Of a DNA stretch of 64,000 nucleotides, positions 22,701-34,912 are shown piece by piece; within the stretch, counting starts at the first letter, position 1, and the number at the start of each line of letters is the position of its first letter. The translations under genes were made by a program, and so were the position numbers. The stretch is from Balamuthia mandrillaris (lineage: Eukaryota): the NCBI GenBank assembly GCA_031835245.2, contig JAVKOQ020000019.1:1-64000 (forward strand). Reading direction: 5' to 3'. A model generated the notes under the pieces. The model made no database searches, had not been told where the DNA came from, and saw nothing but the letters and a program-made list of their open reading frames with translations.

Positions 22701-25363
22701 TCGATTCTGTCGGTTCTTTGAGCTTTTCGATGTTGTTGCTATTGATACTAGCTCTCTCCAAAATGATGCTAGGTTGAGAGGGTTCTTTCAGGCGAATCTT
22801 AAGGACCATATCTTGTACAATGCTGTCGGTCAGTGTTACTACGGCATGTCCTCCGTTGATGTCGCAGGTGGAGAGAATGTGTGTCGGAGATGTGATACTA
22901 GATATTGCTGAAGCGAACTGGCATTGTAGGTTGACAGATGTGGTTGCTGTGATGGTTGTTCCACAACCTGCTGCATAACTGGCGCTCGCTTTTTTTTTAA
23001 AAAAATGCGTGTAAAGTCAGCAGTTAAAGAAAGGAGAACAGAAGAGAGAAATACGAGACTAGCACTCAGAAAGTAGAAACAAGCACGAAGAAAGAAGAAC
23101 AAAGAACTGAATAAAAACGAGAGCAAATAAGAACAACAAGAAAGGAATTGATTGCATAGAGTACCGCAAAGAGTTGGAAGACAGAAGCGATATTCATTCC
23201 CCTGGAGAGTCATGTTTTGTAGATATGTGATTACTATTTTTACTTTAGAGTGCGGCTTAAGGTTGCCGACGTTTATTTTGAATAGCTCTGTGGAGACTTC
23301 TTCAAGAAGATAAGCTCCATGTCCTCTGTAACGTTACCGTTAATTAATTAAGTTAAAACATCAAGTGCGGAGAGAGGGTTTAAAAAATAACCGTACTCGC
23401 TTATAGCATCATCGTAAGCTTCAGCAGCGGCTTCTTTTTCTTGGATAACGCCGTTGATTAACTTACCGTCCACCTCAACTGTAAAGGCGCAAACAACAGA
23501 TCCAGATTCTAAAGGATACACATATACCGCTTCCACGTACTCGTCACCGTTTTCAAAGGATTGAGCCGCTGAAATCTATTATACATAAGTTGAAAATAGG
23601 TGAGGAAGCAGTATGGATAAGAGAAGCTTAAGAAAGAGTCATGCCTTTGATGTTGAGTGCACGACAGTTGCCTCCACTTTACTTTCAGTCAGATGTAATC
23701 TTTCTCCTCTTTGATACAAACCAGCTCCTTGAATAGAGTAACTCATGCATGAAGAGTGAAGAGCAATAGAGGAAATTAGGGACGCTTGAATCGCTCCCCC
23801 TATCGCACAAACTTTTGTTGGATCAATGCTGCCAAGAGCACAGACCATTCAACAACAGTGAGAAGCGAAAAGAAGAGACATGAGAGAGTATCAAGAAAGG
23901 ACAGGAAGTTTGAGAAGAAAGTAGTACCTGTTGAGAGGCTGAAGTCCAGTCAAGTTTGTCAGCTTGGAAACAACAGAAGGGATATTGCACGTCCCTCCTG
24001 CTAGCACAAGTTTATCGGCGGATGTGATGGGGATGTTTTCTCTCGCACACACTTCTGTGATCGTTTTTTCTAGTTCAGACAAAAGGTCGGATATCCATTC
24101 CTCAAGCTCTGTTCGAGATACACTATGGTGGAAAAAGGAACCAAACAGTAGTGATTTAAGAAAGAATGAATAAAGAAAAGATCACAGGTCAGTAAACAAA
24201 CCTTGTACTAAACGGTAAACCTTGATAAAAGTCGACAATATCAATTCGAGCTTCCATGTCTTCGGAGAGTTGTTCTTTAGCGAGGGTACAAGCATTCCAT
24301 AGCAGCTTTCTAGTCAGTTGGTCATCGCTGCAATCCAACCCCATTGCTTTGTGCTCTTTGTTGAAGCGCTGTATCAGGCTGGCAACCATCCGTAGAGTCA
24401 TTTCATCACCACCAATGTCGTTCCTTCGTAATGCCTGTCTAACTGTAAAAGCACGGGTCAACTCTCGTTCTCCTTACGCAGTTCAAGAAAAAAGGGCGGA
24501 GACTCGTGCCTTCACATATTCCTTCCTCAATGAACAATAAGTCCACCGCCAAGCTGGACGCTCCCCAGTTGACAACTAGTGCTTTGATTTCCTTCAATGG
24601 GCTGTCAGTGTGTAAGCGGTATGCCAGGCATGCAGCTGTGCCTTCGTTTATCAGCCTGGCAACGTCTAGGCCTGCTGTTAGGAGTGCCTCCTTCGTGGCA
24701 GAGCGTTGGGAGTCGTTGAAAGTGGTTGGAACTACCGCCACTATCCTCTTTCGGAACAACTGTCTCGCGTGGTTAGTGAACGTCATAAGAGTATGTGAAG
24801 AAGAACAAAAACAAGAATCCAACGAAAAGAAGAAGAAGTAGAAGAAAAAGAACAATAAGAGCATGAAAAAGAAGATACGTTTGTTTTAGTTTGTTTAAGG
24901 ATTTTTCTCGCCATCTTACGGGAGAAGGTAGTCAAAACGGACTCGGGCGCCATAACACGTTCACTTGCCTTGTATTCACCTCGCTCCATGAGCTTGAGTT
25001 TAGGCTTGCCGCCGACATCGACAATTTGATAGGAAGGCGCGTGCTGCTGCTGTTGTTGAAGAACAAGCTCTTGCACTCGTGGGTCTCCATAGTCCAGCCC
25101 AACGAGGGTGTTTGCCTTGAGGAGAAGGCACTGAGGTGAGGAAGAGCAAAGGGCATCGTTGCCGATCAGCGTTTTACTTCCTATTTTTTTTTTAGGTTTT
25201 AGATTTTCAGGAAGAATGAACGACTGGATATTAGAAGAGGACCACAATAGGCGACGGCAAACGGTATCGTCGCGGAGCCGTTGAGTGCCAAGCAGTAAGG
25301 CTCTCGCTTGGCTCCTTGAATGGCAACGTAGGCGTTGCTGCTACCAATGTTCATTCCTGCCAT
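19724..25363 (-). CDS. Chimeric protein: Hsp70-like NBD + VIT + vWA + Hsp70-like SBD + VWA5A-like C-terminus (multi-exon)
   Basis: NBD: VPTTFNDSQRSATKEA, RLINEGTAACLAY, IGGDEM, AKEQLS, LAGGTCNIP, GGAIQA. VIT: EAVYVYPL...AAEAYDDAIS, VGNL. vWA: DRSGSM, GGTEL, LLTDG. SBD: DLLLIDVIPLGIG, RNTTIP, YEGER, FDIDANGVL. C-terminus: EEEWELLAEK. Confidence 0.8.
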
Positions 25364-25763
25364 TTTCGAGTTCGTTTTCTTTTTTTTCGTAGGCTTCGCT
25401 GTGAGACCCTTTTATTCAAGCCGTACAAATGCAAGCCATAGCGCACCGGGGGGTCTTTCGCAGAAGGGGCGTTTCTTCCTTTGCTTTCTCGTCGTTCTCC
25501 CTTCGCGAAGTTTCCACATTATTATTAATGTCGACATCCAATGAAATATCAATGACTTTTATTTTGGTTTTTCGCTGTCGACGGTAATACCCATCATTAA
25601 TGATGATTATCGCCTTATATTGCTCCTCATTAATCATTTGTCGTTTTTATTGCGCACGAAACGAAAAGAATAAAGAACAAAAGCCTCGAGCTGTGTTTGT
25701 GTTGTTCTCGGCTTGGACCCAAGCACTGCGGACGCCGGAAGCAAAAGCAAAGGGAGAAGAAAT

Positions 25764-27758
25764 ATGCAAAGGGCATCACAGCCTCCTTCCCTACGGGCGG
25801 GTGTACCCAACAAGCTGGAGCTGCGGCCCAGCCCGCGGCGCCTCACTCTCGCCGGGAATGCGGCACGTAGCGCGATCCCAGCCTTGTGGGGTCCCGTCGT
25901 CTACCGCGCCAAGCTCAAGTCCAGCCCTCCTTCCTCTTCTCCTCAAGCCTGCAAACAAGAAGAACCACAACCAACATCCTACCCAACGCAAGGTGAGGTG
26001 GAGGTGAAAGGTATAAAGGAAGAAGAAGAAGCAGAAGAACAATCAACAAAGAAAGCGGAGAATGAATCGACCATGCCACCCAAAGCAGAAACCTCAGAAG
26101 GAATCAGTAATTACGGTTTCCCAAACGAAAAAGCAGAGGAAGGAGCAACAGAAACCAATGCAGCTAGCAACAAGACAACGGAAACGGTGAACTTGGGCGG
26201 AGAAGTGTGGCAGGTGGTGGAACGCCGCAAAACTGGCATTCGCGGCCTTGAAGAGTGGGTCACCGTGTCTCAACGACAAGGCGACAAAGGCGCTCCCACC
26301 GTCATGGAATGGATTGTACAAAAGAAAGGACAAGCCGAGGACAGAGAAGTAGAGGCAGAAGGAAAACAAGAAGAGGAGGAAGACGCGACGGTAGAAGAAA
26401 TAGTATTTGAAGAAGAGGAAGAAGAAGCCGAGCAACCCAAGTCTTCCTTACAAAGAACTGAGTCTGAATACGAGTTCTACCAGATGTTAACGGGAGGCGT
26501 GAGCCATCGCTTGAAGGAGCTACAACAAATAGAAGCCCTCGAAGAAGAACTGACGCTCAACACCGAAACCGGAGATGCCACCTTCACTGCTTCTCCGGGC
26601 ACAACAAGCGCTGCTGTCAGCCTTTCTTCTACCCCGACTTCGACCGTGCACATTCGTTCTCCGCTTAAAAGCAGTGGCCGCCATCCTCCCAAGCTGGCCA
26701 ATGTTGTTGGTGAAACTTTCGGAAGCGGAGAAAATTCTTCAGAGGATGAGAAAGAAGAGTCAAGTGGAGGAAGGAGAGACAGAGAAGAATCGTTTTCCAG
26801 ACCTAAAACCATGACAATTCATACTCCATTACTTCCTCGAGAAATGAGAATCCCTCTCGCGTCAATGCCTTCTACAACAACGACAACGGCCAGTGAATCC
26901 ACGTCGTCAGCTACTCGATCGGCCATTTGGCAAAGATCTTCCGCTGCCACTGGAAGAAGCGCACATGCTACCGTCTCTTCTTCATCATCCGCTGTTTCGA
27001 CAAGACGCTCCGTTCCCAAAAAGCAGACGAAAACGGGTTATGTCAAAAGCGCTTCTTTACGTTTCACACGCAGAAAGCTTCACAACGGCTCAAATTCTTC
27101 TTCCTCTTCTGAAAAAGGAGGAGGAAGTACAATCCTGCATCGACCGATAAGAAGGAACAAAACGAGAGCAAAAGATGACAATGACATTCACAAGAACAAG
27201 CCACCCCCAACGTCTTCGTTCACCGCAAAAACTCCTGTTCTTTCAGGTTTGCATCGAGTGCAGTCGGTTCGGGCACTAGAGAAAGAAAAAGGAGAAGCAG
27301 AAAAAGAAGAAGATTCGAAAAACAAAGCGGAAAAGACAAACAGAAAACAGAGCGACAGAACGGAACAAAGCGAAGAAAACGAAAAAGAAAAAGAAGAAGC
27401 GACGAAAGAAGCGAAGGAAGCCAGCCAAAAGTTGGAATCTAGCCCACCAAGGATAGTCATACGAGGGATTGGTGAGGAAGAGGAAGAAGATGAAAAAGAT
27501 GACGATGACGAAGAAGAAGCTAGAGAGAACAGCTTGAAGGAGTACAAAGAATTGGAAGACTTACACAGAAAGAAAGAGATGGAGAGAGTGCTCCGTTTGG
27601 CCACGCGGAGAAACACCCAGAACAACATCGTCGTGCAACAGACCGACTTTAGCGTGTCGCTTCACATTTCCGCTGATGATGACGAAGAAGAAGAGGAAGA
27701 AACACACGGCGAAGCTGGCAACTACACGCAACCACCAAACGAAAATGTTGCTTTGTAA
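25764..27758 (+). CDS. Hypothetical intronless low-complexity (E/K/S/T-rich) protein
   Basis: Uninterrupted ~2-kb ORF; no recognisable domain. Confidence 0.7.
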   Translation: MQRASQPPSLRAGVPNKLELRPSPRRLTLAGNAARSAIPALWGPVVYRAKLKSSPPSSSPQACKQEEPQPTSYPTQGEVEVKGIKEEEEAEEQSTKKAENESTMPPKAETSEGISNYGFPNEKAEEGATETNAASNKTTETVNLGGEVWQVVERRKTGIRGLEEWVTVSQRQGDKGAPTVMEWIVQKKGQAEDREVEAEGKQEEEEDATVEEIVFEEEEEEAEQPKSSLQRTESEYEFYQMLTGGVSHRLKELQQIEALEEELTLNTETGDATFTASPGTTSAAVSLSSTPTSTVHIRSPLKSSGRHPPKLANVVGETFGSGENSSEDEKEESSGGRRDREESFSRPKTMTIHTPLLPREMRIPLASMPSTTTTTASESTSSATRSAIWQRSSAATGRSAHATVSSSSSAVSTRRSVPKKQTKTGYVKSASLRFTRRKLHNGSNSSSSSEKGGGSTILHRPIRRNKTRAKDDNDIHKNKPPPTSSFTAKTPVLSGLHRVQSVRALEKEKGEAEKEEDSKNKAEKTNRKQSDRTEQSEENEKEKEEATKEAKEASQKLESSPPRIVIRGIGEEEEEDEKDDDDEEEARENSLKEYKELEDLHRKKEMERVLRLATRRNTQNNIVVQQTDFSVSLHISADDDEEEEEETHGEAGNYTQPPNENVAL

Positions 27759-28100
27759 GGTAGCAAAAAATTTGGATTGTAATAATAACTTTTTGATAAG
27801 AAATTCAAAAATATTGTAGAAACGATTTTTGTCGACGCTGATGAGCTCCCTTTGAGGCAAAAAATTGTCGCAATTATTTCAAACACTGAAATTGGAAGTT
27901 GTGAGCATTTTATCAAGAGGAACAATCGGGGTTAGCAATGGAGTGGCTTGCTTTGACATGGCTGTAAGGAAGGACAGAAACCACTACACTCACACGTTTG
28001 GGGATGTTGTAGAGCTCATTCTTAGACATCCACAAACCCAGGGAGAAGGAAGTACAAAGCAAGACTATTGCGATAATAGATTACAAAAAAGTGCGATAGT

Positions 28101-28142
<42 letters not shown>

Positions 28143-28169
28143 CTGGTGAGTGAGCGAGACAAAAGTCTT

Positions 28170-29028
28170 TTATGCGGTTGTATTGAGTGATGCTAGTGAA
28201 GGAACAGGAGAGGGAGGGACAGTTGCAACAGAAGGAGCAGCCTCCTTTCTATAACCAACGGTGCTAAGATAGGCGGACCAACCAGTCGCCACGAGTCCCA
28301 TATAAAGCACGCGATACTGAAACGGCACGAAGTAAAAGTTTATGGACTGAGCCAAAGGCCAAACTTTGGTAGAGTTTACCCAAGTTGGAATAAAGTCCTT
28401 TTTGAGCTTCTCTACAACAGCGTCTTTCGTTTTGGCCATGCTGATCTGAGAAGAAGATTCGTCAGACGGAGCAAGAAACACCTTCCAAATGGTGCAGTAT
28501 GACATGGCCGCCGTGTTGATGGTTGGAGCGAAGAAGAGTTGGTTTGTTAATACCTGGATAGCATGTTTTGTTTGTTGCAAGTGTTGAAGAGTTGATTAGT
28601 TTCGTTTTTCGAACGCTTTGTTTGTTTGTTAGTTTGTGTGTTTTTTGTGATATGTTGCTGTCTTATGTTTGTGTTGCAACACGAACCTTTTTTGCGACAA
28701 CGGACAAAGATTTGGCGCTTCCATAGGTCCTCTCCAAGAACCGAAACCACATGAAGGAAAACGGTCCACTGATGCCCAGTCCAAAGAAGAACATAGAGAC
28801 CGTACGAGCAGGATGCCACCGCACCTCCTCCTTTTGTCTCACCCCCTCCTGTTCTTCTTGCAGCCGTCGTCCCCTTCTCTCCAAGCTCTGCGCCAACGCG
28901 TCGCCGATGGAGTTGATGACCGCCGAGGTCAAGGCGTTGGTGAGAAACGGCCGTTCCACCAGGTGCGAGGTGTAGCCCCGCCAGACCTTATGCGCCCACC
29001 CCATTGCTGCCAGCGGCACCGCCGTCAT
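28170..29028 (-). CDS. Mpv17/PMP22 family protein (one intron)
   Basis: YTSHLVERPFLTNALTSA, GDALAQ, GPFSFMWFRFLE, NQLFFAP, KVWPLAQSINFYFVPFQYRVL, WSAYLS. Confidence 0.93.
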
Positions 29029-29219
29029 CCTTGTCCCTTTGTTGTTTTAGGTAGCAGATCAAACAAGATCAGATGAATTCCTAATTCATAAGTTAACAAG
29101 TAATATTTTTGTGGACAAAACGTAGCGGTTAAGAAAGCAAGAAACCTTAAAGTGCTAAACACAAACAGAGGAGGAGGACCAGCCTTGACATTTGAGGTTG
29201 TGCCTTCCACTAGCTCAGA

Positions 29220-30521
29220 ATGCATGCGCCACCATCGGTATGTACTGCCGTCCCACAACGATCGGGTACACATCATCGCTGCGCACGGGAGAAGGAAGAA
29301 CTGCAGCTTGCAGCACTCGCCAAGCTGCCGCCTCTTCATAGGGCCATCCAAAGGCAAGACCTGGAAGACTGCCGCAGAGAGCTCGCCAGTGCGAACCCCA
29401 ACGAGGCCATTGACCGCATCTGCCTCGACGAACACCGCTCTTCTATGAAGGATGCCAAGCCGCTTGACCTGGCCTGCTACCACGGCAATTGCGCCATCAT
29501 CTCCCTGCTACTCGATTCAGGGGCAGACCCTACCTCTGCTCCTTCTTGCTCTTTTACCTACGTCCGAAGCCGAAGGGGCTTTACCAAGCGTGTCAGCGTG
29601 GTCTCTGGAAGTTGCCTTCACGTAGCCATTGCCATGGGCCGCCCTCAAGTGGTAGACCTTTTGCTATCACGTACTGCAGCCAATCATGTTGTTGTAGGCA
29701 CGTCATTACTTCGCGGCAGAGCTCAACGCTTTGAGCACTATGTTACGAAGTACTCTCCAGACAATGGCACGCATTCAGGATGCACCCTTCATGACTGCCC
29801 TCCATTGCATCTCGCCATTGTTGCGGCGGCTGCACGAGACACGGAAACAGACAAGCGAGAACGTAACGACAACATCAGTTCACTTTTGCCTTTCTTCTTC
29901 ACTTCTTCAGATGAAGAGAAGGAAAAGAAAACGGAAGAAGTTGACTCTGGAAGAGAAGCGGAAGTACTAAAGGGAGAAGGAGATGTAAACGCAGTGAGCG
30001 GAAGCTTCTTGACATCGGCAGGGGATGATGGTTGTTTTCACTCGAATGTAAGGAAGCAGGAGTTCAAAGGACAGATAACACCGTTGGTCCTGATGTTTGC
30101 TTGTGGTTTGGCAGTATCCGATGTCAGACACCTACGACTCCTTCTGGATCGATGCTCTGTTTCTACGTCTTCCAGATTTGATGTGAAGTCCGTTTATCAA
30201 AGGTCGACTGACGAAGAAGAAACACATGAAGAGCTGTGCGACGACGCTGAAGTGGATGAACTAGTAGAAGAGAAGGGGGTAGTGAGTGCAGGAATGACGG
30301 TGTTGCATTGGGCAGTTATGAACAGATGGTCAGAAGTGGCGACGCTGTTGTTGAAAGCTGGAGCGGATCCGCACATCAAAGCCACGTGCATCTCTCAAGA
30401 AAATGAAGAAGATGATGGAGAAGAAAGAGTAGGAGGTAATGCGAAGCGTGAAAGTTGTTGGAGGGATATAGATGTTTTTGAACTTGCGGCTAATCTCTCT
30501 TTGCCACTTGCGATAGAGTAA
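29220..30521 (+). CDS. Ankyrin-repeat protein, intronless
   Basis: PPLHRAI, PLDLACYHGNCAIISLLLDSGADP, SCLHVAIAMGRPQVVDLLL, GMTVLHWAVMNRWSEVATLLLKAGADP. Confidence 0.85.
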   Translation: MHAPPSVCTAVPQRSGTHHRCAREKEELQLAALAKLPPLHRAIQRQDLEDCRRELASANPNEAIDRICLDEHRSSMKDAKPLDLACYHGNCAIISLLLDSGADPTSAPSCSFTYVRSRRGFTKRVSVVSGSCLHVAIAMGRPQVVDLLLSRTAANHVVVGTSLLRGRAQRFEHYVTKYSPDNGTHSGCTLHDCPPLHLAIVAAAARDTETDKRERNDNISSLLPFFFTSSDEEKEKKTEEVDSGREAEVLKGEGDVNAVSGSFLTSAGDDGCFHSNVRKQEFKGQITPLVLMFACGLAVSDVRHLRLLLDRCSVSTSSRFDVKSVYQRSTDEEETHEELCDDAEVDELVEEKGVVSAGMTVLHWAVMNRWSEVATLLLKAGADPHIKATCISQENEEDDGEERVGGNAKRESCWRDIDVFELAANLSLPLAIE

Positions 30522-30691
30522 GTAGACAAAAAAGAACGAAAAGGACATAAAATTGTTTGTAACAAAAGGTGAATAAATAGCAAAAGACAAACAAAAAAAT
30601 GCAAACAAGAAGAAAAAGAGAGAGGGAGAGAGAGAGAGAGAGAGAGAAGAGAAGAGAAGAGAAGAGAACAAAGACAGACAGACAAGTATGT

Positions 30692-31559
30692 TCAAACTCT
30701 GGCTCTCCTATCATTCGGGAACCAGGTCCTCATGACGTAGATCTGAACAGCGTTGAGGCTGATCACAACAGCCATTTCCAACATCGCGAACATCCAAACG
30801 CGATCAAACGTGTTCTCTTGAACTAATGGAGGAGAGAGCAGAAAAAAGAGTGAGAAAAACGCAACCAGCAAACAGAGAAAGAGGAAGCAGATTGCGCAGG
30901 GATTAAGCGTGAGCGAGGGGTGGACGAGTAACGAGAAGAGGAGAGTGAAAGAAAAAAAAAACGTACTGCTACGATGAGCAGAGGCACGAGTACGGAGGTA
31001 CTTCTGCTCGGACTGGATCTGCTCCAACGTGTTCCTTATCTTTTTGACAGACCTCTCGATGGGTTTCAGCTTCTTGGCGTCAAAGGCAGGCTGTTGTTGC
31101 TCGTACTCTTGGACCTCGTTCTCATCCACCCAACCCAGCTGGAAGGACACAACCTTGGCAGTGAAGCGGGACATGGTGTTATCCAGACAGAAGGAGTAGA
31201 CGCCCTCCTTGTTGCCTGCAACGGTCACTCTGTCCTCTTGATGGTGGTCAAAGAAGTGAAGCTCTTCATGGAGAATCTGTTTGTGTGTATGCGAGTGTAA
31301 CAAAAATCAATAAAAATGTAGAGAGATTGAGGGTTGTGGGTCGTACGCCGCCATCAGGCTCAGTAACTTTCACACGGATGTCCAAAAGACCTCCCCTGGA
31401 AACCACAAAACTGAATTCCATCTCTCTGCTCAAATCATTGGGCGTCACCCTCATGTGGAAACACTCTGAGCTCCTTGGCTCCACTTGGAGGGTAGCGGCA
31501 GTGGCCATACCTACCACCATGCCAAAGAAAAACAGCAAAAGGGAGGTCTTGAGTGTCAT
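30692..31559 (-). CDS. p24/emp24/TMED GOLD-domain cargo receptor (multi-exon)
   Basis: Signal peptide, ECFH, GGLLDIRVKVTEPDG, GVYSFCLDNTMSRFTAKVVSF, EQKYLRTR, C-terminal TM and short tail. Confidence 0.92.
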
Positions 31560-31856
31560 CTTTCTTATTATTCTTCTTCTTTTTTTCACAGTGAAGAAAC
31601 AAAGTCAAAGCTCGAGCTGTTTGTGGTTGTGGTGGTGGTGGTGGTGGCTTATCTTTTGCTGTGTAATCTTTTTTCTTTTCGTTTCGTCGCAGAAAGGAAA
31701 AAAATTCGTTTCTTGTCGACGCCATACGTGGTATGCTGTCGGCATTTAATATGACATATATCAGCCCTTTGAAAGGAGAAGAACACGTCATCGTATTAAT
31801 TAATAATTTTTTTTTCATACCCCAAAAAATTACCAAAAAAAAAAGAGTAGCGAAAG

Positions 31857-33983
31857 ATGGAGGTGCAGCAAAGCGAACATGCCAGGAGGGTAGCCCAACG
31901 ACTGCGCGTGGTGAGCGCGCATCTCGAGTGTAACCCTACGGCCAGCAAGCTGGAGGAGGTGGAGGAGGTAGCAGAAACGGAAGTCGACTCTGCGGAGCTT
32001 GAGGGAGGCAGCACGGGTCATGGATTAGGACCCTTGCCTGCGCTCTCCTCTCAACACGTTCAAAAACTGAGTAGCATGATGGTATCGTAGCGTATCACCT
32101 CTCTTCCTCAACTTTCTCTTGTTGAAAGAAACAAAAACCAACTCCGAACATGTTAACACACGCATGCACACAAAATCCAAACACAACAAATAGTTTCATC
32201 ACCATCATGAGTTAAGGCAAAAACTCTATGAAATATTCAAAGATCCGTTGTTTCATCCGCGCTACGACTTGACCATGCAGCAACATAGAGAGCTGACCCT
32301 TCAGCGTATGAAAATTTTGGCAGCCAACGGTGTTGCCAACGGAAAAAGTCTCTTCACGTACGTTCTTTTTTGTTTTTCCTGTTCTTTCGTTTATCTCTCC
32401 TTCTGATATCCTGTTATCTCGTCTGTTTCTTCACCCTTGCACACACTCTCTTGCTCTCTCGCAGGAACGGCTTAAGTGTAGTCGCTCTCCAAGAGACACT
32501 GGTCCTGGTCGATGTCTCCCTCTCTGTCAAAGCCGGAGTGCAATGGGGTCTCTTTGCAGGAAGCATCGCCTCCTTGGGCACTGAAAGACATCACGACCAG
32601 TACCTCCCGCTCACTGACTCGTTGGAGATTTTGGGCTGCTTCGCTCTGACGGAACTGGGCCACGGTTCCAACGCGAGAGCCATCGAGACCACCGCCACTT
32701 ACTCTCCTGAAACGGAGGAGTTTATCATTCACAGCCCGACAGCCACGTCGCAAAAGTACTGGATAGGTAATGCTGCTAAGGATGGAAATATGGCCACCGT
32801 TTTCGCTCAGCTGTATTTGCCGGATGGCAGAAAAGAAGGAGTGCATGCTTTCCTCGTTCCGATACGAAGAAGGAGCCAAGATGGAAAGAGCACAGAACCA
32901 ATGCCTGGGGTCGGCATCGCGGATTGTGGACCAAAGATGGGCTTGAACGGAGTTGACAACGGTAAGCTGTGGTTTGATCATGTAAGGATTCCCCGAGCCA
33001 ATCTTTTGGATTATTATGGCCGAGTCAAGTACGCTTCACCTTTTACGTTCCATCTTCTTTTCCTTCTTGTCCCTCGACTGATCTTTTTCTTCTTTCACAA
33101 GTGCTGATGGAAGTTACGAAACATCTATTCCTCATCGCGGAAAACGTTTCAACACGATGCTGGACGCTCTCGTGGCAGGTCGCCTCAGCGTCGGATCCAG
33201 CGCTCTCAACGCTACAAAACTAGCCCTCACCATCGCTACTAAATATGCCATCACTCGCAAACAATTCGGCCCTCCCAGAGAGGAAGAGGTGGTCATCATG
33301 GACTATCTCACGCATCAGCGTCGACTGCTTCCATTGATCGCCTCCACATATGCTTACCGCTTTGGCAGTAATCATGCCAAAGACATTTTCACGCAGCTTT
33401 TGAAGAATCGCAATGATGAGCGGGTGAAGAGAGAGATATTTTTGTTGGCGGGTGCCTTAAAAGCCGTTTGTACATGGCATCGTAGCGAGGCCCACCAGAC
33501 TTGCAGGGAGTGTTGTGGAGGCCAGGGATTCGCTGCTGAGAACAGGATCGGCGTTTTGAAGGCGGACTGTGATATTGATCTTACTTATGAGGGTGATAAT
33601 ACCATTCTTTTGCAGGTTTGTTTATTCCTCTTGTTCTTTTAACTTTGTATTTGTGTATTTATTTTTGGTAACGTAAACGAAAACAAGGCAATCGCAAAAG
33701 CTCTGATGGAGGAGTTTCGCAACCGACTTTCAGGCAGAAAAGGAGTAACCAGCATGTTGACCTACTTCTCTGGTCAAATCGGGGTTGTGCTTCGCAACAA
33801 GAACCCTCTCACCCGACGCATTACTTCTGAAGTTCATCTTCTTGATCCCGAGGTTTCCTTTCTCCCGTTATGTTCTCATTTGATCAATTTCGCTTTCTAT
33901 TCTCTTTCTTTCTTTCTTGTCGTTTCTTCTTTCTTTCTTTCTTTCTTTCTTGTCGTTTCTTTCTTTCTTTCTTTCTTGTCGTT

Positions 33984-34031
<48 letters not shown>

Positions 34032-34805
34032 TTTTCTTTGTGCTCAATTCTACTCTTTTTTCACAGTTTTGTTTAGATGCATTCATCTATAAAGAGTTCA
34101 AGCTGTTGCGAACCGTGGTGAGCCAACTGCGTCGCAAAGTCAAGATGTTGAAGATGCCCGTCTTCGAGGCATGGAACTCTTCTTTGGATGACGTGTTGAT
34201 GTTGGGAAGGGCTTACGTGGAGCGAGTTTGCATGGAGAGGTTCATCGAGAACATCAATCAACTTGATGACCAAAAGGACGCTTCGTTGAAGACGTTGCTC
34301 AAACACGTTTGTTCTCTTTACGGTCTTTCCAGAATCGAAGCTTCACTAGGTTTGGTTATTCTTGTTCTTATTGTTCTTCTTTTGCTCCTTTTTCTCCTTC
34401 TTCTTCTTCTTCTTCTTCTTCTTCTTCTTCTTCTTCTTCTTCTTCTTCTTCTTCTTCTTCTTCTTCTTCTTCTTCTTCTTCTTCTTCTGCTTCTTCTTCT
34501 TCTTCTTCTTCTTCTTTTTTTGTTTTGTTTTATTTTTTTCGTTAGCTGACAAATAGAATTGGTTTTTCAAAAAAATAAAAATAGGGTGGTACATGCAAGC
34601 GCACTACTTTGCACCAAACAAAGCCAAAGCCATTACCAAAGAAATTAACAGGCTGTGCAGAGCGTTACGTCCTCACGCCGAAGCTTTGGTGGATGGCTTC
34701 GGTTTGCCAGAACACATCATCTTTGCTCCGATTGCTGACGATTGGGTGAAAGCCTGCAGCCAAGAATACGAATGCAGCTCACCCAGCAACAACAATAGAG
34801 AATAA
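31857..34805 (+). CDS. Peroxisomal acyl-CoA oxidase with N-terminal PTS2 (multi-exon)
   Basis: GCFALTELGHGSN, SQKYWIGN, KMGLNGVDNG, QTCRECCGGQG, TYEGDNTILLQ, LVDGFG; PTS2 RLRVVSAHL. Confidence 0.95.
34398..34514. repeat. (TTC)n microsatellite in an intron
   Basis: Near-perfect TTC run. Confidence 0.95.
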
Positions 34806-34912
34806 AGATCATTGAAGGAAGAAAAGGCGTTAAGCTTGCTTGGTGGATTGTATTTTAAATGGAGGGGTAAAAAACAAACAGGTCATGATTCTTTGGTGGT
34901 TTCGTTGTGTTC

